Source: Camelus dromedarius (taxonomy: Eukaryota). From it: a stretch of DNA of 64,000 nucleotides. The stretch spans positions 43,960,001 through 44,024,000 of the forward strand of contig NC_087437.1 in NCBI RefSeq assembly GCF_036321535.1. Reading direction: 5' to 3'. The notes below the pieces were generated by a model. The model worked only from the letters and a program-made list of their open reading frames with translations. It ran no database searches and was not told the DNA's origin. Below, in pieces: positions 1 through 12,942 of the stretch. Every line of letters starts with the position of its first letter. Position 1 is the first letter of the stretch. The position numbers were made by a program, and so were the translations under genes.

Positions 1-274
1 AACTGTCACTCTGGCAGGAAGGAATAACTGAATGCTGCATTATTTAAGGCAAGGTAATAGACTACTTCCTTTTAGAGGCAAATTACTTTGGGATCAGCTG
101 TCTTTCCCTCAGAAGCCAGGGTTTCCTCAGTGAAAGACTAGAGGTGGAAACTTGATGTGAGGTGATTGGTTACTAAATCCTGATGTTATGCACACCAGAA
201 AAGTGTTTCCTTTGAGACTGTGGTCATCATTCATCATTAAATGAAGAGTCTTGCCAAGTGCACGCCTCACCATA

Positions 275-515
275 TGGTAGACAGTAGGGTGCATTATAAA
301 AGCACAGACTTGGAGCCAGAATGATCTGTGTTTGACTGAACTATCTACTAGTGTGATTCTGGATAAATTACCTAATGTCCTGGGATTCAATTTCCTTTCC
401 TGGAAAATGCAAATAGTCATACCAACGTAACTGAGTTGCTGAGAGGATTAAGTTAAATAATGAATGTAATGATCTGGACCTTATATTTTGGTGCCAGCAA
501 ATAAATACTTACTAT
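275..515 (+). mobile_element. MIR SINE (degenerate)
   Basis: MIR-like core 'ggataaattacctaatgtcctgggattcaatttcctttcctggaaaatgcaaatagtcatacc...gttgctgagaggattaagttaaataat'. Confidence 0.75.
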
Positions 516-1050
516 TTACACATGATTTAAAGATCTTAAGTTTCAAAATAAATAGGTGTTTAGCTGTTGAGTTTTAAGAATAAGTGTTCCAGTTTCTATA
601 ACTATTATAGAAGGCACCCAGGAAATATTAATGTTCTTTCCTGGTCCCTCTCTTCCTTTGAATTTTTTAAATCATAGTTTATGGTCCCAGAAGATAATGT
701 TCTATTTGAAGGCTGTATATTAAGCCTCCACCTGCACAAATCTTTTGTGTCAGAATTCTGTCCAGTTTTAAAATACCATCTGGTAAATATAAGAGAGCAG
801 AGTTGTAAAGTTGTGTGCTGTTATGCACAGTAATAGTCTTGGTTGATGGAGTTCGGGCCTGAGTGCTAGTATTTTAAAAATACACTTCTACTCAGTTGAA
901 CCATTATACTTTTGATATATGAGAAGTCCACTATTGAATATGTTCTACCCTCAAATATACTTATTTGTAATATTATTCATTCTTTTCTTGCTTTTGGCTG
1001 GTAGTCATGACATTTTTCTCATCGTAACTGCAAAACTCCTTTTTCACAAG

Positions 1051-1087
1051 GTGCTCGTTACTTTCGTCTATAAAATAATAACCAAAG
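1051..1087 (+). other. Candidate 37-nt spliced exon of an unidentified + strand gene
   Basis: Acceptor 'ctcctttttcacaag|G', possible branch point 'cgtaac' about 25 nt upstream, strong donor 'AAG|gtaagc'; non-repetitive context with several retained CpGs. Confidence 0.45.
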
Positions 1088-4000
1088 GTAAGCCAATATA
1101 TAGAAAATGAAATTACTCGTGCTCTTCACTTTTTAATTTCTTTATTTTGAATGGTAAATTTTTATAGATGATTGAGTCTTACTTTTTCTATTTTTCATTC
1201 CTTTTTAAAATAATTTTACTGTTTTTTGATGTGATGTGAACATATATTTGAGAGTATTTATAACAGTGTTTCAGATTGTTACAGGATCACACAGTGTTAT
1301 TTTCTGGATTTATTTGGGATTTTAATCACTTTTCAAGTTTTTGATTACCAGGATTTTATAAAATTAATCTGTATTTTATTTCCTCTGTTAGTACTATTTT
1401 GATATTTTAAATAATGTTGACAAAAATATGACCTGGTTGCAAATTGTTGTATCATACATATTTCCCAAGAATCATTAATCTTTTGAACATACAAACATTT
1501 GAAAATTTCTGTATTAATTCTTTTGTGTACAATGGTCTTTTAAGTCCAATGCATGTTTTATTTCATGGCAGTCCATTTTGAAGACCTGATGTAAAATCAT
1601 TGACATAATGTGAAGAATGGACTGCACTGATCCTATGTCATAAACCTAAACTGTTAATTTCAGAGTAATTAAATGTTACCTAGATTGCAGCTTCTACAAT
1701 GCAAAATGATATTTGCTTCCTTCTTCAGCTTTGAAAAGTGCCTTCTGAGTAGTTATTCAAACTTTTTTTAGCACTACCTACTTATTTAATTTTATAAGTT
1801 ATTAGCCATTAAGTAGGGTTATTTTAAATTAAATAGGTTATTTGAAATTAGGCAGTTTATTAAAAACACTGTTACATTTTGATGTTAATGTTGCTATTAT
1901 TTACCAAGGAACATTATACTTTGTAGTCTCTTTAGGAAGACTTTACCTGTTGATGACATTTTCATATGAGATCTGAATGAGTGAACAGCATAGACAGAAT
2001 GATCTAAACAAGAGCCTCAGAATTTTATTGCCTTAAGTTTCTGTGTTGTAATAGCCAAAATTTCAAATTATTCCTTTTACTGTCCACAATATATAAATAC
2101 CATGACCAAAAAACAACAAAACATTGAAATGCAAATGTTATTTTGAAGGCAGTTTTGTTTTTATGAAAAAAAAATCTGAAAGAAACACACAAATGGTAAG
2201 AAAAAAAAGCCAGTTTCTCTTAGCCTAAATAATCAGAAAAGTACACAAAATGTATATATAATGTACATTGAAGAATATATTTGTAATGAATTTCCAAGGA
2301 TAGAGAACAATTAAATAATTTACAGCATATCCATATATGGATCTTAAACAATTTTTAAGGAATATTTTATAAGATTAGTATATGACAATATACTGCCATG
2401 TTAAAATACAAAACTACATCTTAACTTTGATATCAGTTTTGATTTACAAAAATATACACATACACATATGTATGTACATATATATGTATTTATTTCAGGA
2501 TTTAATAAAACTGAGTATTGTTTTATTTCCTTTACTAATGCTATTTTTATTTTTTCAGATCAAATAATATGGCTTGTTGCAAATTATCTTAGATATATCA
2601 TTTCCAAATATCAGTACACTTTTGTACATATAAGTGTTTAATCTTGGTGATTCTCTTATGAGTAGTGTGTCAAAACAATCAAAATGGGTAGATTTGTAAA
2701 ATTACCAAACAGTCAAAGTACTTCTATTTCTTTAAGATAAATAAGTATCAATAAAATACCTATTAATGTATTGTTACGTTTTCAAATAATGTAGTAACAG
2801 AGTGATGATTAAATTTCACACCTTCAAACAGGCTGCCTTTTATTTTCATGAGCATGAAATTTAAATAAAAAATATTTGCTCTGGTTTTGCTTATTAAAAT
2901 ATACAGTATAAGCTTATTGCATGATTTGAATCACAATGGCAGGATTTTAGGTCCTTCCTGCATGGCCTTCATTCAGTAGGTCATTATGGAATGTCCAGTT
3001 TATTTCAAGGTGTTTGGTAGGCCATGGCAATAATAAAAAGAATAAGAAATGTTTTTTTCCTGTTGTTAAGAAATAATTTAGTAGAGAACAATTTTATAAT
3101 ATAGTGCTTCATTATTCATATAACAGAGGTACATGTAAGGAACTCTAAGACAAAGGACTCTAAGTCTGGGTGGGGTTTTCAAGGAAGATTAAAAGAGTGA
3201 TGCATCTGAATTGAGGCTGGAAATGGGAGTCAGAGATGAAGGACAAAAGTAAAAGGCATTTCTGCCCAAAAAATGACATGAACTGAAATACAACCATGGC
3301 ACTAGGAGACATTTCTGAAGGAATATCAGGCTTTTTAGAAAGATGATAATATTATGTTAACAGTATGAGTATAATCAATTAGGGAGACTGTGTAAGACTA
3401 TCAAATTACCAACATAATAAAGGTAACTATAAAAATATGCTTTTGCATATTAACATAATATTCAGAAATATTGGTGAAGGAATTTGTTCCATATGAACGA
3501 ATTTTCTAATAACATTTAGGGAGGGACAGTTTATTCATTCTTGATAAAAATACATTTCACTGTTTTTTGCTTCATTAAACAAACATGGTTTTTTCTCCTT
3601 TGTCCATTTTGCTTCTTTTGGAGTTTTTGGAGTTGATATAATTATCAAATATCTGTTTTTGCCCTTTGCTCTAATACAGCCATGTCTTCCTGTACTTTTT
3701 AAATAGGTGGCAATATTTGTCCTTACTTTAATGGCTTCAGATTTCTCTAATTTTTATGGTTCTTATGATTACTCTTTTTACCTTTTCTTGTCTCTTCCCT
3801 GATAAGGAGCCCTGTACCTTTTTCCAGTAGTTCTTCAAACACCTAACACTTTGACCTAATCAACTTTGGAAGTTTTGACAGCTCCTTTGGCAATTAAAAA
3901 TTTTCATCATTTATTTTCTGGTTTGCTTAATTAAGTTTATGGGGCATCACAGTGTACACTAATTCTTGACAATTTTAATTTTTAACATTGTTCACATGCA

Positions 4001-6279
4001 TGATATAATAAATGTATATTATTGACTTTTATATTACAGAACTTTCCATATGGTACAGTAAAATTAGAAATCAAACTATGACCCAGCGGTGTACATGTTT
4101 CCCCTAAAATAATTTTTAAAAATTATGTACCTTCTTGTATATTTTTAAAAATTTTCATCTCAGCTTTCTATCATAAATTTTATTGGTACAAATAATGTAA
4201 TTTCTTATTAATATCACCATTAATTGTAATCAGTGGAACCTAAAATCATTTTAATTTGACACTTACCATCATCTATGTAAAAATATTTGAGCATGTTCTT
4301 TATTAATTAGACAATTTGCATTATTTCTTTTTCAACTTGAATTTATGTTAGCTGGTGTTTAGAAGTCCTGAAGTATAGGTAGGTAACTTCCCTGTTCACC
4401 TCTCAGACTGTCATTTTGTAAACTCTTCTCAGGTTGGCTTGCTACTTGTAACTTTAAAAAAAGTGTCAGTAGGAAGAGAGGTTGGTATACAGTCTGATTT
4501 AGTCTAGAAATGTCAAAAGGTCAAAGGCCCTGGAGCACTTCTCCATCATGGGTGCCCATCAGGATCACGTGAGCAATGTCTTGTCTTCCAAATCCCTGTT
4601 CTTAGTCCCTGCCTTTAACTTCCCTGCATGGTACCCAGTCAGAAAAGGGAGAATTGAGTCCTCTTTAGCACTGCTTCAGAGGAAGGATTTACAGGGTCTT
4701 CTATCCTGGACGGCTATGTGATCCCAGGGAGTCCTGGCAGAATGCATCTGTGGAATTTAGCACCTGCTGTCTATGATATCTCTTAATGGGTAGAGCCCCT
4801 GGATTATTTTTATAAAGGCCTGATCAGTGAGTGTGAAACTGCAAGGGGTGGTCTGCCTCCACCCAGAGGAGCCTGATAGAATGGGCTGCGGCTCTCCCCT
4901 CCCCACTTAACCTTGATGATTAGGACTAGCTGGCCAAGCCAAGCCAAGGGGGTGCTTGTCCCAGGACTCCATTCAGGACCAGGACCCCAGGGGAACTGGG
5001 AAAGAGTCAACTCAGCCAGGGTGTCTGGCCCTCAGAGTATCTCTTGCCTTTGTTTCCTCATGCCAGGGCCAGGCCTCTGAGTTTATGTGCGCTGGTCTTT
5101 GCATATGGCCCCAAGGTATAGGAGGGCCTGGCCTTTCTTGCTGCTAGTGGGAGACTTAAGACTTGGGATAATTTGGTGTATAGAGGAAGGCATTCAACTG
5201 TTGAGAGCTTGGGCTCTGGGTTTGAATTCTGAAAAAAAATCACTTAACGAGGAGCTATTAAAAAATTTACACTGAGAGATACTGCATCCAGCCCATAATC
5301 TAGACTCCCTAAATCAGGATCTCCTGCAGTGTATACTACAAGCTCCTTGTGTATCCTCCTCCTCTTCCCTGGGCTAAGAACCATTTTCAGATTGCTTGTT
5401 GTCTGAATTGCTTGTTTCAATAAAAAGCGTTTATATTTTGTGACTCCAGAATAAACATATTTCGTTGTCTTGAAAATATAATTTTTAGAAGGGAAAGTGT
5501 TAATTAATGATACTGTTCACTCATTCAAGATTTATGCAGTGATTCTTGTGATGCCAGACACCGTTTTCAGTCCACAGAGTAGATTTTCTGCTTTCGTAGA
5601 GATTATGTTCTAGTGTCCGTGGGATAGCTGGGTAGATATTGTTAAAGAGGAACAGTACACAAGAAAGCAAATAGACAATTAAGATAATCATAGAAACCGA
5701 CATGATTTGAGGAGGGAAAAACAGAGAATGAGCACACAGTGTTGACTTTGAAATAACAGAACTCTGCTATCCAATGATTTTGTTTCCTTACTGTGAACTG
5801 CTTTTTGGAGATACTGTTATGAAGCATGCATAATCAAAATAAAAAGGCAATCCCAAGTGCTTGGTATCTAAAGTTTGCAATATCATACTGCTATTTAGAT
5901 ACAACAGTGAAGTCATAGGAGGCCTAATGATTGTAGAACTTGAACCTAACAGCAGTTAGAGCAAGCAGAATACATAATAAAGAATACATGGATAGAAGAC
6001 TGAACCAGGATTGGAAAGATTCTGTATTTCTTTTATTCTGTTTCAGACAGCAGAGACTTCTCTTTAGCTCAGTTTATGAAAATGCATTAGATTTATGCTT
6101 ACCACCATATTAGTTCATGATACAGTTTTGTTTTATTTTTAACCAAAGAGATCCACTTAGATTCTTAATTAGCTTCTTAGATGGTAAACATTTTCTAATA
6201 TTCATTTATTTATTGACCAAAATGACTGATGGGATATTGGAATGGATTAAGCAAAGACAAATGATACAAGATTTCTACT

Positions 6280-6740
6280 GCCATTAAGTATAAACTCACT
6301 CAAATTATAAAATCTGATAAAGGACATTCAATCTGTATTCAAACTTCTTTGGTGGACAGAAGAATATGCTTAAGTAGCTCAAAAAGAGGCATTAATAAAA
6401 TGCAATAAGAATTTAAAGATAGGGTGCTCAGTTCCAGTAGGAAGAGCCAAAGAAAGTACCAGGAAGGTCAAGAGACTGGGGAGGTTCTTCACAGGAGGGA
6501 CATGTCACTAGGCAGAGAAAGCAGTGAAGGAGGTCTAGGCAGAAAATAGAATGTGCGTGTAAGTGTGCAGTTGGGAAGGTGTAAGTCTGTTTAAGAAGAA
6601 ACATCTACTAGTCCACAATGACTGTAGCTCAAGAGGAATAGTGTGAACAACTTTGGGGAAGGTTAGTTGATACTATAAGAGATCTCAGGCGTATCCCTGA
6701 AGAGGATCCTGACACGCTATAGAGTGATTTTTCTCTCTCA
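6280..6740 (-). mobile_element. L2 LINE fragment (degenerate)
   Basis: Purine-rich antisense-L2-like text (e.g. 'ggaggtctaggcagaaaatagaatgtgcgtgtaag', 'atgactgtagctcaagagg'). Confidence 0.5.
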
Positions 6741-8404
6741 TGGGATGTAGCTAGGAATTTTAAAACTATGACTATTAATCTGTTGTTTTTAAGCATGGTT
6801 TCCTAAGATATTTGTGCCTCTTCTCAAACGTAAGATACATGTCTACAAACATCACCTATAAATTCTCTGTTGAAAGTAATTCTTGGTTTAAAATTTATGC
6901 TTGCTTTAAGAATTATGTTTTTAGACTGCATTTCTAAAAGAGATGAAAGGAGACTTGACATAAACATTGTGACTGGCTGTCCTGATGCGACCACTTCCTC
7001 TGCCACTAGAACAATAATGGAAGGATGAGAGTGCCTTGTTTCACACCCTGCTATTCTCCCAGAGGCTGGATTATAAAGCAAGGGCAGTCCTTGGTTGTTA
7101 CCTGATTGAAGAGGGAGCAGGCTTCAGCTCCAGGGCCAAGTTCACATAGGTAAAGAACCCCCGTGTCGGGCAACAGTTATGAAGAGTGCAGGGGCAATCT
7201 GGGCTTGACTGAGAACCACCTAAAGAAGGAGTAAGTGATGAGTAAAACCCATTTCAATCTTTTTATCTTGTCATTTTGACTTTGTTGTAATAGACCATTG
7301 AAACTGTGGCTAAGGCGGTCCCTAAAATATTTGGGGTTGGATTTTAGTAAACTTAATACTAGGCTAAGGAACTTGGGTATTGTATTAACAGGCAAAAGGC
7401 CTAAAGAATTGGCACTTTTTGTTCATGTTGTTTTAATTACAAGAGTTACTTGCTCAGAGTTGTGCATTAAGAAAATTCATTTAATGTTTATTTGGAAAAT
7501 GAGTCTGGAGGAGAAAAAACTTCAGAGTCTATGCCCATGTGAGGTAATATTTTCCCTTTAGAAAGACAGCTTTCTAATGTACTCTAGAACTTTTGAAGAT
7601 AATTTGTTTTTTATAAGGTTTCTTTTTTCACATACATATTAGAAGATCATGGGTCAATCTAGACATATTTTCTGGTAAGGCCATCATGTGTTAAATCAGT
7701 GTATTTTCCAATATCAGCCTGACTAAGCAAATTTCAACCTTATAAACTGTGACTGGAATATATAATTCATGTATATATTAAAGGGAATTACAGTTTAGGA
7801 TGGATTCATAATGATATTGCCATTAAATTTTATGGCTCAATGGAGATTATTAGACTTTCGGAACCATGCTGTTTTTATAAAGGCCATAAGTAGAGAATGA
7901 ATGTATTATTTCTTTTTGCTAACTATGAGAGTCTAGATAATGGACGAAAGACAATGCAAGTTTCATGTTATGTTAGTATGGGAAGGAGTCTTAGAAACGT
8001 TCCAATTCATAAATATGTTTATTTCTTAATGAGACCACACACACCAAGTAAAATACTGAAATGGTTACAGATGAGGTTTATAATCAGAATTAATGGGAAG
8101 TTAAAAAAATTCTTGGGTAGGACCCTTCAAAAATTTCCATTCTGTAATTCTAGTGTGGCCTTAGGCTCTGGTTTTGAGTAAGGTCAGGTTTGAGAACCAC
8201 TGCTATATTATGTCATGGGGTATTGTGAAATAGAGATAGAAATACAATAGAAAATAGAAGATAGGAACTTCCTTTTTGGTTTTGCTATGGTCTGGCTGAA
8301 AGAATACATTAATAATTAAGTGATATTTTCAAAGCTAGTGAAAGATGAATGAAAATTAATACGAGCAAAAAAAGAAAATACATTAGAAGAGTAAGCCAAG
8401 TATT

Positions 8405-9040
8405 ATTTTTTATTTCTTTTTAAATTGTAAAAATGTACATGACTTAAAATTTGCCATTTTAACTATTTTTTGGTATGTATTTCAGTGACATTAAATACTT
8501 TCACATTACTATGCCACCACCAACATCCATTTCCCGATCTTTTTCATTTCCCAAAACTGAAATTTTTGAGCAAGAATTTCTATTTCCCTTCTTCCTCCAA
8601 CTCCTGGCAAAAGCCATCTATTTTCTGTCTCTATTAATTTTCTGTGTCCCTCATTTAAATATAATTGCACACTATTTGTCCTTTTGTGTCTGGCTTATTT
8701 CACTTAGCATATTGCCTTCAAAAGTCATCCACACTGTAACATATGTCAGAATTTTGTTACTTTTTAAGGTTAAATAATATTCTGTTATTACTCTATATAC
8801 CACATTTTGTTTATCTAATGATGGCATTTGGGTTGTTTCTAGCTCTTGGATATTGTGAATAGTGCTCCTATGGCATTGGCATACAAATATCTATTTGAGC
8901 ACCTGCTTTCAATTCTTTTGGGTATATACTTAGAAGTGGAATTGCTGGTTCATATGGTAACTCTATATTTAATTTTTAGAGGAACTACCATGCTATTTCC
9001 ACATCAGCTAAACCATTTTATTTTCCTACTAGCAATGCAT
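8405..9040 (-). mobile_element. L1MB-type LINE-1 3' end
   Basis: T-rich tail then typical antisense L1MB 3' text: 'tgtccttttgtgtctggcttatttcacttagcat', 'agaagtggaattgctggttcatatggtaactctat'. Confidence 0.85.
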
Positions 9041-9759
9041 CTACTAGGTGAACCTAGTATTCTTACCTTCCCAATAGCTTATCAACTCTTTGGCAGAAAC
9101 TACCTTTTGATTCTCTTGTATTCTTTTCCACTAAAACCCTGGTATGTATGATGTTTGCTACAAACTAAACATATCACAAAGGCTAAAAACTAATAAGTAG
9201 TTAGTTATTGTTGGCTTATCTTCACTCAGATGCAGCATATTTATGTGGTTGTAAACCCAAAGTGTAATAATTTAGTCTGGGGCACTGACTGGGAGTCAAA
9301 TATAATTCTGAAACAAATAGAGGTGAATTTAACCCATCACTATTAAATTAGAACACTTTCAAAGCCAACACATTTGTGGCAGCATTTTTGTGTTAATGTT
9401 GACTGCTTCTCCTGATAACCTTTAAATGTTACCTATGTATCATTAAATATGATCTGCATGTATGTTTTGTACGTAATCATCAATAACTCTAAAAAATTTC
9501 CTAATGTTCAAACAGTTACAGTAATCTGAAAAATATTTTCAATTATCCTGGCAAGCTGAAGAGATAGTTACAGCTGCAAAGAAGTCAGCATCATTGTCTT
9601 TTTTGTTTTCTGTTGGCTACAAGGAGGCTAAGAGACAAATTTAATATTCAGTCTCCATAGCTACTTTTAGTATTAGCAACCTGATTGCCTGAATGCCTAT
9701 TAACATGAGGATTTAAGGAATCTGGAATCACAAATCATTTTTGGTGGCAAATAGAATTT

Positions 9760-9762
9760 ATA

Positions 9763-9797
<35 letters not shown>

Positions 9798-9830
9798 GAA
9801 TGAAGATGTAGTATATATATGTATATATAT
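9760..9830. repeat. (TA)n-rich microsatellite
   Basis: Direct reading of TA dinucleotide runs. Confidence 0.9.
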
Positions 9831-10629
9831 AAGTGAATGAAGAATGAATGGATCAATGATCCAATGAATAAATATAAATAAGCTGAATCGTATAGATATT
9901 TATTTCTAAAATGTATACTTTCTCTTGGTTACAAACCTTGGATTAAACTGGAATGTATAGGCTTAAAAGGAGAAACAAAATATCAGGACCAACCTTACAT
10001 CTCAGGCTTTTAGGTTTGGATTTCAGAATCTGTGTTCTTATAGAATGTATAGTCCTGAAAAATGTTACTACTTTACACTTTTGTGTAAGCACTATATATT
10101 TCTTAAAAAATGATATTTAAGACTAACAAATGTTACATGCTTGAGTATAGATAAACATTGTGTTTCTTAATTCATAAATAAAATGATCTACAAACTGCAT
10201 CGAAGAGCAAATACAGCAAATAAAATCAACATAATTTTTGGATTTAATTTACAAAATGGGATTCAAATTGTCACTATAAGAATGTACCAGGCAGAAAACA
10301 TTTAAGTAAAAAGTGGTTCTCTTTGTAAAAATAATTACTCCTTCCTATTTTTGTTAAATAAATGAATTGAGAAATTTATACATTAGGTTGTAGCATATCT
10401 TACTTGTAAATAATGATAATGAAGCGCATACATATCAATCATTGAATCCTGCCATCTTTATGGGCTTTATTTCAACTCACATAATTTATACTGCCTTCAA
10501 AATGGGCTCATAAATCTTTAGAGATTTTTTTCAATATCTACTATTTCTATAAGGATCTCTGACTATTATCAGTTTTAGAGAGTTTATTCATCCCTGAGGA
10601 CAATGAAAATAGCTTGAAAAGCAATTGCT

Positions 10630-10878
10630 TGGAAAGCATTTGGGGCTTTGGGATCTGAAAAGATTTGGGTTGTAATTTCTGTCTCTGCCATTCGCTTAAA
10701 ATGGGCTGTGAGGCAGTGATCAAGTTAGTTAGCGTTTCTTTAGCTTCATTTTCCTTGGTTGTAAAGTAATATTACAATATGTTATGATATGTATAGGATT
10801 ATGGCAGGGATTCAGTGACTTAATATGTAAAGAAAGCCCTGCCTAGGATAGGCACCCAATACATGGTAATTATTATGG
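10630..10878 (+). mobile_element. MIR SINE
   Basis: 'ggaaagcatttggggctttgggatctgaaaagatttgggttg...caagttagttagcgtttctttagcttcattttccttggttgtaaa...ataggcacccaatacatggtaattattat'. Confidence 0.8.
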
Positions 10879-11494
10879 CTAACAAAGATAAACATAACAA
10901 TAAACTGCTTACATTCTAATATTCACTAGTTTTTAATGCTACATCTAATAGGAATATGTCATAGTACACTATGGAGAATATGAAAAGCACCCTTTTTATA
11001 TCTAAAAGTCACATATTGTTGAAGGTATGATCATGCTTACCAAAACTTGGTAGGGATCCAGAGGAAAAAGTGTGAGAGATTTGTTGTTATATGAAATTAA
11101 AGGGTTCACTCTAGCAGTGGATTTTGATCAAGTTAATAAAGTCCATTAAGTAAATGAGACACCTCAGTGATATTTATGTATTCAGTAATGAAAAAATTGG
11201 CCAAAGGGAAATCTATTTTTTGCATAGAAATATATTAATATATGACAGCAGAGTATTTTTGCATATGTTTATGGCAATAGGTGTACAATATCAAACATGT
11301 TTAGCACAAGATACTAAGGGTTCAAAACTGGGTAACCAATTAGGTAAGAGAAACAAGGTCAATGAATAAGGGATGAAAATTGTGAAGGAGGAAAGCAAAC
11401 AATTGGAATTTCACCTATATGCTGTGAATAGGAATGATTTTTTGAAAATTTCTTCAGAAATAGAAAGTTCCAATTTAAAAAATCAAATACACAT

Positions 11495-11783
11495 TACAAA
11501 ATAGAAATAGACTCACAAACAGAAAACAAACTACTATATGTAAAACAGATAAACAACAAGGACCTACTGTACAGCACAGGGAACTATATTCAATATCTTG
11601 TAATTCCCTACAATGGGAAAGAATACAAATAAGTGTGTGTGTGTGTATATATATATATATGTCTGTATAGGTATATGTATACATATACATACAGACACAC
11701 AGATGCACACACAATTGAATCACTTCGCTGTACACATGAAGCTAACACAACATTGTAAATCAACTATACTCCAATAAAAATAA
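11495..11783 (+). mobile_element. Cetartiodactyl-type L1 3' end (L1_Art-like), 5'-truncated, with TSD
   Basis: 'gataaacaacaaggacctactgtacagcacagggaactatattcaatatcttgta...cacaacattgtaaatcaactatactccaataaaa' plus A tail; 18-bp TSD at 11477-11494 and 11784-11801 (16/18 match). Confidence 0.9.
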
Positions 11784-12384
11784 AAAAAATTGAATACACA
11801 TACACATCTGTATTCAAGGGAGAACTTGAAACAAAAACAATAGCAGTCAAAAGTATTAGAATAGATTTAAAATTAAGACTTTTTTACTGTAAAATGTTGA
11901 GTAACAGTGATATTTAGATTTGAATTCTATAATTTTTATTATACTATTACTTTGAGCATAGTTGCTTTTGTTTATGACACTTTAACATTAAATGTGTTTA
12001 AGATATATTATTACTACTTTATGTTAAAAGCAAATATTTATTGTATAGATAAGCTGGTAATAATTAATGAAAATATTACATATCCTGTCTGCTTTATATC
12101 TTTATTTTAATAATGTAATTTGACCTTATTTTTTCTTAAATAACATTACATTTGATTAAACTATTTTAGTACAAATGGATTGGACAAAAGTAATGCCAAG
12201 TCTGATGACATAGTCTCTGAATTCTAATATTCACACGTTTTTGATTGTACATCTAAGTCACTGTTAACATTTGTAATTTCTTTTCCTACCTATTTATCTA
12301 AGGGCTTTAAATTTTGTTTAAGAATATGTTATAGTTCAAAGATGATCACGTTTTGCTTATTAGAATTTTAATAAAAAATAAAAA

Positions 12385-12590
12385 GAATAATGTATATACA
12401 TATGGCCTCTGCAGTTCACAAAGCCTTATCACATATAATTTCATTTCCTTCCCAAAGTCATCATGTGATGTGGCATGGGATTACTTTCACAGTTTTATAG
12501 GTGATGAAATTGAGACTCCATGAGGATAAATTACTTGCTCAAGGTTGCACTGGTAGTAATTATCAAAATTGAGACTTGGACTCATTATTA
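12385..12590 (-). mobile_element. MIR SINE
   Basis: Antisense MIR core 'cagttttataggtgatgaaattgagactccatgaggataaattacttgctcaaggttgcac'. Confidence 0.8.
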
Positions 12591-12779
12591 AAACTGGTTT
12601 GTGCATGGCAAAGTTTACAAAATCAGATGCTTGCCGTTGCTCCACAGTGAACAGAAATGGGTGGAGCCGATTGAATACTAGACACCTGGGAGGGATGTGG
12701 TTACTGGAAAGCACATGCCCTGTCTGGAGGGAGCAACAGTTCCTGGGTGTAACTGTATTGTCTTAAGCAAGACTGGGGA

Positions 12780-12942
12780 CAGAGTTGCCAGACATTTGAT
12801 TTCCTAAGAGAAGCTCAAAATCCAAATTTTATGTGAAATGCCTTTGTTTTAAATGTTGGCATCTAATTCAAAAGTTGAAAAAAGTAGACTAAGTGAGACA
12901 AATCTAAGGGTTGATGTTGCTGTCAATTTAGAACTTGTGACA
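12780..12942. mobile_element. hAT-Charlie DNA transposon fragment (Charlie4-like)
   Basis: 'gttgccagac...aagagaagctcaaaatccaaattttatgtgaaatg...ttttaaatgttggcatctaattca' resembles recalled Charlie4z end. Confidence 0.55.
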
